From Eledone cirrhosa (lineage: Eukaryota), in contig OZ024758.1 in assembly GCA_964016885.1 (NCBI GenBank), positions 30,194,001 to 30,258,000 of the forward strand: DNA of 64,000 nucleotides. The letters are read 5' to 3'. This document shows, piece after piece, positions 39,001 through 51,000 of this stretch; positions within the stretch are counted from its first letter, which is position 1, and every line of letters starts with the position of its first letter. The notes below the pieces were generated by a model. That model was not told the DNA's origin. It saw only the letters and a program-made list of their open reading frames with translations, and did not search any database. Both the position numbers and the translations under genes were made by a program.

Positions 39001-42000
39001 TTATATACATATAAACGTGCAAACACAGACACACTTACAAAAATACACACTCACAGACATACACTCACACAAATACACACACATTCACACAAATACACAT
39101 ACATTCACACATACACGCAAATACACACACATTCACACAAATACACATACATTCACACATACACTGACACATAGTGTAGCAAATGCAACGCCAGCTTTGC
39201 TATAGGTTTTTCACCATCCCATTCCTTCCTTTTACAGACACATACGAGGTGGGTCAGAAAAGTTCCCGGACTGATGTCACAAAAGATTTATTTCAAACCC
39301 AAACTTCACACTAAGAGTTTTCTCTTTCAAAGTAATCCCCCTGGAGTATGTAACTGTAATCTTAGCTCTCTGCAGCGATCAAACTTTTTTCTTCATAATT
39401 TTATATACATGTCCTCTGTTTCAGGTCGTCAAGCAACGAGCGCAGAGTAACAAACAAACTTGAAGTTTCTGGTACGGTTGGGGAAAACTCCGTCAGAAGC
39501 ACTGGGATTGCTGCTGCAAGTGTATGGAGATGAGACGATGTCACGCTCACCTGTTTTTGAGTGGGGCAAGATGACCCCAGGAGCGGAAGGCCCTCAACAG
39601 CCAGGACTGAGGTCAACGTTGAGCCCGTCAGGTAGATGGTGCGTAGCGATGGTCGGCTTACTGTTCGACTGATGGCAAATGAGCTGGGCATGAATTGGGA
39701 CAGTGTCTGGAAGATTCTCACAGAAGATTTGGACATGCGGAAAGTCTGCGTGAAGATGGTGCCAAAACGGCTGAACGATGACCAGAAGGGTCGACGCATG
39801 CAAGTGTGCCAGGACATCCTCGAGGGTCTTGAAAGCGAACCAGACTTGCTAGGGACAGTCATCACCGGTGATGAGTCATGGATCTTCGAGTACGACCTGG
39901 AGGGGACCCGTTTTGAAGACGTGGACGACATCAAAAAGGCTGTGACGACGGAACTGCGGAGGATCCTGGAAGAATCCTTCCAGGAGTGGATGTAAGCATG
40001 GCAGAAAAGGATGGAAAAGTACATTAGACTCCAGGGGGATTACTTTGAAGGAGAAAACTCTTAGTGCGAAGTTTGGGTTTGAAATAAATCTTTTGTGACA
40101 TCAGTCCTGGAACTTTTCTGACCCACCTCTTACATACTCAAAAACACACACATACACTCATTGTGTGCTCAAATTTATATATAGATTAAGATAACTGGGT
40201 TGCTACAGTTTGGCTGATTATAAATAAAACTTGTTTCACTCCTACTTCACAGTTAGCCTTAGCTAATAATTAAAATAAAAATTGATTTTTAACAGAAAAC
40301 TAAAGAAATCCTTGTAAAAGATCTCTCTCTCCAAATTTAAATATAAATCCTTTCAGGATAATATTTCTAACAAAATGGATGAACTATAAATTTCAGTTAA
40401 TTTTGAAACTACTTTATTTGCTGGCTTACTGGATAGCCCTTAATATAAGACACCCCTTTGTTTTACAAGGACATTTTGAGAAAAAAGAATTATAGTATAT
40501 TTCTTCATAAATTTATTAAAAATTATCAGTTTTTTTTCAGAAACTCTTAAATTCAACATCACTTGTAATAATTGTAATAATTACTGTATTAGTAGTACTA
40601 ATAGTAATAAAAACTACATTTTTTAACCATGATTGTCCTCACAAAAAAAGTGCATCCAATAAGTCAGTAAATATGGTAATCAATTTGTAAACTTACTAAC
40701 TTGTTCTTTATTAAATTGGCTTAACAAAAGGTTCTTAACCTGTTGACTGCCGCAAATATTTTACACAGCTACAGTTGCTGTGTTGACTACTGTGTATATT
40801 TTACACAGCTACAGCTGCTGTGTTGATTGCTGTGTATATTTTACACAGCTACAGTTGCTGTGTTGAGTACTGTGTATATTTTACACAGCTACAGTTGCTG
40901 TGTTGATTGCTGTGTATATTTTACACAGCTACAGTTGCTGTGTTGATTGCTGTGTATATTTTACACATCTCCAGTTGCTGTGTTGACTACTGTACACAGC
41001 TACAGCTGCTGTGTATATTTTACACAGCTACAGTTGCTGTGTTGATTGACACAAATATTTTACACAGCTACAGTTGCTGTGTTGATTGCTGTGTATATTT
41101 TACACAGCTACAGTTGCTGTGTTGATTACTGTGTATATTTTACACAGCTACAGTTGCTGTGTTGATTACTGTGTATATTTTACACAGCTACAGTTGCTGT
41201 GTTGATTGCTGTGTATATTTTACACAGCTACAGTTGGTGTGTTGACTACTGTACACAGCTACAGCTGCTGTGTTGATTGCTGTGTATATTTTACACAGCT
41301 ACAGTTGGTGTGTTGACTACTGTACACAGCTACAGCTGCTGTGTTGACTGCTGTGTATATTTTACACAGCTACAGTTGGTGTGTTGATTGACACAAATAT
41401 TTTACACAGCTACAGTTGCTGTGTTGACTACTGTGTATATTTTACACAGCTACAGTTGTTGTGTTGATTGCTGTGTATATTTTACACAGCTTCTGTTGCT
41501 GTGTTTACTGCTGTGTATATTTTACACAGCTACAGTTGCTGTGTTGACTGTTGTGTTTATTTTACACAGCTACAGTTGGTGCGTTGACTGCCGCAAATAT
41601 TTGACACATCTACAGTTGCTGTGTATATTTTACACAGCTACAGTTGCTGTGTTGATTGCTGTGTATTGTTTACACAGCTACAGTTGCTGTGTTGACTGCC
41701 GCAAATATTTGACACAGCTACAGTTGCTGTGTTGATTGCTGTGTATATTTTACACAGCTACAGTTGCTGTGTTAATTGCTGCGTATATTTTACACAGCTA
41801 CAGTTGCTGTGTTGATTGCTGTGTATATTTTACACAGCTACAGTTGCTGTGTTAATTGCTGCGTATATTTTACACAGCTACAGTTGCTGTGTTGATTGCT
41901 GTGTATTGTTTACACAGCTACAGTTGCTGTGTTGACTGCCGCAAATAATTGACACAGCTACAGTTGGTGCGTTGACTGCCGCAAATATTTTACACAGCTA

Positions 42001-45000
42001 CAGTTGCTGTGTTGACGGCTGTGTATATTTTACACAGCTACAGTTGCTGTGTTGACTGCCGCAAATATTTGACACAGCTACAGTTGCTGTGTTGACTGCT
42101 GTGTATATTTTACACAGCTACAGTTGCTGTGTTGACTGCTGTGTATATTTTACACAGCTACAGTTGCTGTGTTGACTGCTGTGTATATTTTACACAGCTA
42201 CAGTTGCTGTGTTGATTGCTGTGTATATTTTACACAGCTACAGTTGCTGTGTTGACTACTGTGTATATTTTACACAGCTACAGTTGCTGCATTGACTGGT
42301 GTGTATATTTTACACAGCTACAGTTGCTGTGTTGACTACTGTGTATATTTTACACAGCTACAGTTGCTGCATTGACTGCTGTGTATATTTTACACAGCTA
42401 CAGTTTTCTGCATTGACTACTGTGTATATTTTACACAGCTACAGTTGCTGTGTTGATTGCTGTGTATATTTTACACAGCTACAGTTGCTGTGTTGATTGC
42501 TGTGTATATTTTACACAGCTAGAGTTGCTGTGTTGACTGCTGTGTATATTTTACACAGCTTCAGTTGCTGTGTTGACTGCTGTGTATATTTTACACAGCT
42601 CCAGTTGCTGTGTTGACTACTGTGTATATTTTACACAGCTTCAGTTGCTGCATTGAGTACTGTGTATATTTTACACAGCTACAGTTGCTGTGTTGACTAC
42701 TGTGTATATTTTACACAGCTACAGTTGCTGTGTTGACTACTGTGTATATTTTACACAGCTACAGTTGCTGTGTTGACTGCTGTGTATATTTTACACAGCT
42801 ACAGTTGCTGTGCTGGGTTTTTTCCCCACTAAAATAACTATTTTTTTAAACAGACATTTATTAAGAACACATGTCTGAATGATTGAAAAACGTCACATCA
42901 ATGAACTAGTAACCCCATCTAGCTTTGAAGTTATGAACTGTTGGAAAGGAGTTCAAACATATTAGGATGAGTTATCTCATCTGTGGAACTGGAGTGTATA
43001 CATGTTAGGATGAGTTATCTCGTCTGTGGCACTGGATTGTATACATGTTAGGATGAGTTATCTCGTCTGTGGCACTGGATTGTATACATGTTAGGATGAG
43101 TTATCTCGTCTGTGCCACTGGAGTAGATACATGTTAGGATGAGTTATCTCGTCTGTGCCACTGGAGTAGATACATGTTAGGATGAGTTATCTCGTCTGTG
43201 GCACTGGAGTCTATACATGTTAGGATGAGTTATCTCGTCTGTGGCACTGGAGTGTATACATGTTAGGATGAGTTATCTCGTCTGTGGCACTGGAGTGTAT
43301 ACATGTTAGGATGAGTTATCTCGTCTGTGGCACTGGAGTGTATACATGTTAGGATGAGTTATCTCGTCTGTGACACTGCAGTCTATACATGTTAGGATGA
43401 GTTATCTCGTCTGTGGCACTGGAGTCTATACATGTTAGGATGAGTTATCTCGTCTGTGGCACTGGAGTGTATACATGTTAGGATGAGTTATCTCGTCTGT
43501 GGCACTGGAGTGTATACATGTTAGGATGAGTTATCTCGTCTGTGACACTGGAGTGTATACATGTTAGGATGAGTTATCTCGTCTGTGGCACTGGAGTCTA
43601 TACATGTTAGGATGAGTTATCTCGTCTGTGGCACTGGAGTGTATACATGTTAGGATGAGTTATCTCGTCTGTGACACTGGAGTAGATACATGTTAGGATG
43701 AGTTATCTCGTCTGTGGCACTGGAGTGTATACATGTTAGGATGAGTTATCTCGTCTGTGGCACTGGAGTGTATACATGTTAGGATGAGTTATCTCGTCTG
43801 TGACACTGGAATGTATACATGTTAGGATGAGTTATCTCGTCTGTGACACTGGAGTAGATACATGTTAGGATGAGTTATCTCATCTGTGGCACTGGAGTGT
43901 ATACATGTTAGGATGAGTTATCTCGTCTGTGGCACTGCAGTCTATACATGTTAGGATGAGTTATCTCGTCTGTGGCACTGGAGTGTATACATGTTAGGAT
44001 GAGTTATCTCGTCTGTGGCACTGGAGTGTATACATGTTAGGATGAGTTATCTCGTCTGTGGCACTGGAGTGTATACATGTTAGGATGAGTTATCTCGTCT
44101 GTGACACTGGAGTGTATACATGTTAGGATGAGTTATCTCGTCTGTGGCACTGGAGTCTATACATGTTAGGATGAGTTATCTCGTCTGTGGCACTGGAGTG
44201 TATACATGTTAGGATGAGTTATCTCGTCTGTGACACTGGAGTAGATACATGTTAGGATGAGTTATCTCGTCTGTGGCACTGGAGTGTATACATGTTAGGA
44301 TGAGTTATCTCGTCTGTGGCACTGGAGTGTATACATGTTAGGATGAGTTATCTCGTCTGTGACACTGGAATGTATACATGTTAGGATGAGTTATCTCGTC
44401 TGTGACACTGGAGTAGATACATGTTAGGATGAGTTATCTCATCTGTGGCACTGGAGTGTATACATGTTAGGATGAGTTATCTCGTCTGTGACACTGGAGT
44501 AGATACATGTTAGGATGAGTTATCTCGTCTGTGGCACTGGAGTGTATACATGTTAGGATGAGTTATCTCGTCTGTGGCACTGGAGTGTATACATGTTAGG
44601 ATGAGTTATCTCGTCTGTGACACTGGAATGTATACATGTTAGGATGAGTTATCTCGTCTGTGACACTGGAGTAGATACATGTTAGGATGAGTTATCTCGT
44701 CTGTGACACTGGAGTGTATACATGTTAGGGTGAGTTATCTTGTCTGTGGCACTGGAGTGTATACATGTTAGGATGAGTTATCTCGTCTGTGACACTGGAG
44801 TGTATACATGTTAGGATGAATTATCTCGTCTGTGCCACTGGAGTCTATACACGTTAGGATGAGTTATCTCGTCTGTGACACTGGAGTGTATACATGTTAG
44901 GATGAGTTATCTCATCTGTGGCACTGGAGTGTATACATGTTAGGATGAGTTATCTCGTCTGTGGCACTGCAGTCTATACATGTTAGGATGAGTTATCTCG

Positions 45001-48000
45001 TCTGTGACACTGGAGTGTATACATGTTAGGATGAGTTATCTCGTCTGTGGCACTGGAGTGTATACATGTTAGGATGAGTTATCTCGTCTGTGACACTGCA
45101 GTCTATACATGTTAGGATGAGTTATCTCGTCTGTGGCACTGGAGTGTATACATGTTAGGATGAGTTCTCTCGTCTGTGGCACTGGAGTGTATACATGTTA
45201 GGATGAGTTCTCTCGTCTGTGACACTGGAGTGTATACATGTTAGGATGAGTTATCTCGTCTGTGACACTGGAGTGTATACATGTTAGGATGAGTTATCTC
45301 GTCTGTGGCACTGGAGTGTATACATGTTAGGATGAGTTATCTCATCTGTGGCACTGGAGTGTATACCTGTTAGGATGAGTTATCTCATCTGTGGCACTGG
45401 AGTGTATACATGTTAGGATGAGTTATCTCGTCTGTGACACTGGAGTGTATACATTTTAGGATGAGTTCTCTCGTCTGTGGCTCTGAAGAGGTTAATTAAA
45501 ATTAAGATGGAATCTTTTAATTTGAATATAAACATTAAAATAATATAAGAGACTTTGTATCAGAGAACCTGAGGAGATCTCAGGTAAGTTTATATCAAAA
45601 GAGTTAAATAAATGTAATATATTTCATGTCTCTATTTTCAGGTATAATAGATTCTGTTTGCCGCTATATTCAGCATCAACTGAGGAACAATTTGATTCTT
45701 TCATTACATTTATGACGGTAAATGTTCCAAGAATTTTATTTCTGTGTTTATCCATTTCTGCCTTTTTTTATTTACTTACGGGGCTTTTATCATCATCATC
45801 ATCATCATCATCATCATTTTACGTCCGTTCTTCCCCGCTAGCATGGGTTAGACGGGTTGTCCTGTTGTGGGCAGTGTCCAGTCGGCTGACCTTGTCTTGC
45901 TCATACAGGAACTGATTCTGGCTTGATTTCTACAGCTGGATGCCCTTCCTAACACCGACCTCATTTACAGTGAGTGCTGGGTGCTTTTTCTTTTTCCGTG
46001 GTGCCTAAACATCCACTTTACAGTGTGGGCTGGGTGCTTTTTTGCCGTGGCACCTCCACGACTGCTTTACAGTGGAATGATATGGACCCCAGTCCCTATC
46101 ATCTCATTTCTACAGCTGAGTAAACTGGAGCAATGTGAAATAAAGTGTCTTGCTCAAGGAAACAACACATCACCCGGTCTGAGAATTGAACTCACAACCT
46201 TTCGATTGCAAGCCCAATGCTCTAACCACTAAGCCATATACAATAAATGACCGATAAGATTTTAAAGCCAGTACAATGCGGTAGAAATATATAAAAGGCA
46301 GAGGATGATCAATAAAACAAAACTAAGTAATGTATTTACCTAGTATATTTCAACACAATATTCCAGAGTTATTACATTTGAAAAGAGGGTTATAGCTTCT
46401 GAAACTTAGACATTTATTACATATATCACAATGCTTCGTATTAACTATACCAATTTAAAGATATAGTTTTCTTTTTTTTCTTCTTATATTTAAAACAGCC
46501 ACATGTGTTTGATGTAAAGCAGGCTTCCAGTCTTCCAGGTATATTCATAGGTAAAGACAAAAAGGATGAGCGATGTGCAACTGCAGTTGTTCTGTGTAGT
46601 CTTTTCTATGGCAATATCTTAGGATTTCCACATGAAGCCAAGTAAGTACTAGAAAGGATAGATAGATTTATATATAAAGTAATGTTGTAATGAAGGTGAC
46701 TGAGCACTAGAAACAATTGACTATAAAAGCTAAATATGGTAAGTATTTTAAGGTGAAATCTTGCCATAGCCAGTTTTGCTTTTTATCTCTCTGTGGCTGA
46801 TAAATAATTCCTTGTTTTGGGTGGCTGAGGCACTGCTCATTTTTCATTTTCTGATTTCTTCTTCCTTTTCTGTTCCCTTTAGTCATGTGTTTTGTTTTTA
46901 TTAGATACTGCTCAATTATTTTTTATATTATGTTAATTGTCTTTCATGACATTGAGAGTAACAACTTTATTTGGAGATATGATTCCTTGTTGTTGTTGAG
47001 ACTTTAGTCAGCCTTGATCAAGTAGAACCTTGATCAAAGGCCTGCTAACCATGACCATTTTATTTTTTCATCATTGTCATTATCATTACTACCATTTTGC
47101 ATCTGTTTTTCTAAGTTTAAAAGGATCAGACAAGTCTTTTCCAGCATAACTCTCTTCAACTTGAAGTGTTCCTTCATCAAAAATATTTCAACCATGACAA
47201 TCCTGTCATAATTTCAGACATAGAATACATAGAACCACATTATCTAATGTATCCTTTCTTTTTTAAAAGTGTAGAGTGTAATTTGAGGGAGATCTGATTG
47301 CTATTTTTAACAGTAAAGCAACCACTTAGAAACCCCTTTGTAAGCTCAATCTTTTAACCCTTTAGCATTTACATTGCTCTATATTTACTATTGTATTTTC
47401 GCGGTAAAGGCTTTATCCCGCATAATTATCTCACATAATATCAAAGATTTTGATATTTATTTTGAGAACAATATCTTAATGTTGATATGAGTGGACGGTT
47501 ATGGCCAGTTTGAACAGAAAGAGGTGAGAGAATACTGGCTGGTTTAAATGCAAAAGGGTTAAGTATTGGTCTATAGCAAAATGAATGAGTAATGTACTTT
47601 GCTGAAGGGTGTAATATACAGTTTATTTTAAATTTGAACATATGACTTACTGGGTTAATAGTTAATTCTCAGTTTTTTTGGCAATTCACTTTCAGCAATT
47701 CAGGAACCAAAATCAATCTATCAAAACCAATTTATGAAAAAGGAGAATTCCAAGTAATTCGAACTTTGACAAGTCAGCTACCAGATGGTTTGAAGCGGAA
47801 ACATCAGGTAAATGGTTACATCATCTGCTTTATATAAACATCATCATTGTAATCATTAATATTATTATTATTGGTAGAGGGTCGGATGCCATGCTTTGCA
47901 GCTTAGAGTTACGGCCCAAGATCAAATCCCGTCGAAGTTAATTTTTCCTTTCATCCTTACGGGGTCGATAAAATAAAGTACCAGTAATGCACTGGTGTTG

Positions 48001-51000
48001 ATTTAATCGACTTTCCCCTCCCCCAAAATTGCTGGCCTTGTGCCTAAAGTAGAACCAATTATTATGTTTTTTTTTTCAATAGTTTCACCATAGAAGCAAC
48101 AATATGATTCTTATTCATGTTCGGTTTTGTCTTTTGGGCATATGGTACTGTGTTTCTATGCCGTTTATTCGTCCATTTTTCCATGCTTGCATAGGTTGGG
48201 TGGGTCCTTCTCAGCACAGCGTCTCTCCACTCACTGCGTTTCTTCATCATCTATATATATTTGATCTGTGATGTACTGGTGTTCTGTCCAGGGGAGGAGT
48301 CTTGAACTCTCAGTTACTTCATGCCATGGAAACCGGGATAAGCACCAGCCTGGTCAGCATCTAAGCTTGAGACAGACTTTAGATATATTTGATCGACAAA
48401 ATCGTACCTCCCTCACTCACTGAGTGGGGTGGAACTCATCAAACTCAGCAAATATTTCTATTGTTCTTTCCATTGCTGATACTATTTACCAGTCATAACT
48501 CCTGGCAGAAAGAGCAATGTGAAATAAAGTGTCCTGTTCAAGGATATAACTCATTGCCTGATCCAAGAATTGTTAGATTTCAGTGTTTGAAAAAGTTTGG
48601 GAAATCCTGATCTAATGCAATAAAGAATTCAAGCCCCTACCAACTTCGCACAAAAAGATGCACTAATAAAAATAATCTTTATAACTGGAATATTGTGTCT
48701 GTTGCAGGTTGATGTTATCATTGACATGTGTTGTGGCGATGGAATCAATTTACGACATAATATATTACAAGCTAGAAATTTGTATTCTAAGCTGCGAGAA
48801 AACAATCAAGTAAGTTTTGTTTAAATTTTCAAAAAAAATTTCTAACATATATCTTCAGATTCCAACTAATAAAAGTTGTGATGCACAGACACCCGGGACA
48901 CCATTCCAATACCAGACACCCGGTACACCATTCCAATACCAGACACCCGATACACCATTCCAATACCAGACAACCAGCAAAACGTTAGATGGCACTATTT
49001 TTTCATGTTTGATTGATTGAGTGTCTATATTAATAATAATGAAAATTATTGTGTTCAGTGCTCAGGTGCACTACAACTCATCAAAGGTGCATGTATAGTA
49101 CATAGAATAATGTACAAAAGTCAAGAAAGTGAACAATATATGAGTCATGATATACACACAGACACACATGCATGCATGGAGGGGAGATATTATTTGTAGA
49201 GTTAGCAAATTTTGGGAAGCATGGAAGTTTTGAACGATGCAGTTACTCGACAGCTAAAACTGGTATTTCAGAAATGATAGCTGTTAAAAAAAACCTTAAT
49301 TATTATATTACTGCCATTTTATTTAGTTATTTTATTAACCCTTTAGCATTCACATTATTTTATATATACTATTATATCTTCATTTTAATGGCTTTACCTC
49401 ACATAATTATCTCACATAACATTTACATTACTCTATATATACTATTGTATTTTCACAGTAAAGGCTTTACCTCACATAATTATCTCACATAACATTTACA
49501 TTACTCTATATATACTATTGTATTTTCACAGTAAAGGCTTTACCTCACATAATTATCTCACATAACATTTACATTACTCTATATATACTATTGTATTTTC
49601 ACAGTAAAGGCTTTACCTCACATAATTATCTCACAAAACATTTACATTACTCTATATATACTATTATATTTTCACAGTAAAGGCTTTACCTCACATAATA
49701 TCTCACATAACATTTACATTACTCTATATATACTATTGTATTTTCATGGTAAAGGCTTTGAAATCAAAAGGACTGATCCTGAAATCTACAACTCTTTCCT
49801 ACAATCAGACCTGGACACAATGCAGCAATGGATCACAGACTGGCAACTGAAGCTGGCTGTGGACAAGTGTTACACCATGCATTCTGGGAGGAAATATCCA
49901 GCGTCCACATACTCCCTCCACAACACTGATATCAAGAAGTCCTCTTGTGAATGTGACCTGGGCATTACTGTCAGCAACGATTTGCGTTGGACAAAGCACG
50001 TCTCTAAGATTGTCAAGAAGGCCGAGGGTGTCTTGGCATCACTCAGCGAGACCTTTGTTAGCCGCTCTCCAGCCATCTATTTAAAGCTGTATACAGCTAT
50101 GGTACGACCACACTTGGAATTCTCATCATCAGTCTGGAACCCCTATCTTGCTCAGAACATTGACCTCCTGGAAACTGTTCAGAGACGTGCAACCAAGCGC
50201 ATACCCTCCATCAGACACCTACCATACTCTGAACGTCTTGCTTCCCTGGGCATGGATTCATTGAAGCTCCGACGTCTGGTAAACGCCCACAAAGTTATTA
50301 ACCATTTCGCCAACAACAACCCTGAGCACCTTTTTGATCTCCATGTGTCTAACACACGTGGACATGCCTACAAAGTCAGAAAACAGAACAGCTCCAATAA
50401 CTTTCAGAAACATTTTTTCACGCTTAGAGTTGCTGAAGCATGGAACAAACTGCCTGTGTCAGTTGTTAGCTGCCGAGACACTGCATCCTTTAAAAGCCTC
50501 ATGCTTCCCGAAATTCGCCAAAACTACGTCTGATGTCCCCCTTCCATACACATGCACATGTGTATATCATGACTCATGCACTGTTCATTTTTCTGACGTT
50601 TGTACTATACATACACTTTTGATGAGTTGTAGTGCACCTGAGCACTGTACACAATATTTTCATTATTATATTATTATAATTACCTCACATAATATCGAAT
50701 CTATGAGATTTTGAAAGTATTTATTTTGAGAACAATACCTTAACATCAGTATGAGTGACCAGTTACAGCCAGTTTCAACAGAAAGAGGTAGAGAATTCTA
50801 ACCGATTTTGGCCGGTTTGAACACTAAAGTAATAAAAAAAAAAAATGATCAGCTCTATTGAAAGTGAATCATGAGGTTGGTGGTGGGTGTATGCCTGTGG
50901 TTGTAATATTAATAGGATAAGGCCAGCAGATTGGCAGTATTTGTTCTGGCTCTTTATAGTCTGAACTCAAATCCTGCTGAGGGCAACTTTGCCTTTCATC

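Larger units (their letters stand above)
40739..45491. mobile_element. piggyBac-like MITE family 2, copy 1, inflated by two terminal minisatellites
   Basis: TTAA-CCTGTTGACTGCC ... GGCTCTGAAGAGG-TTAA; unique core 42813-42957 is shared with the copy at 57190. Confidence 0.82.
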
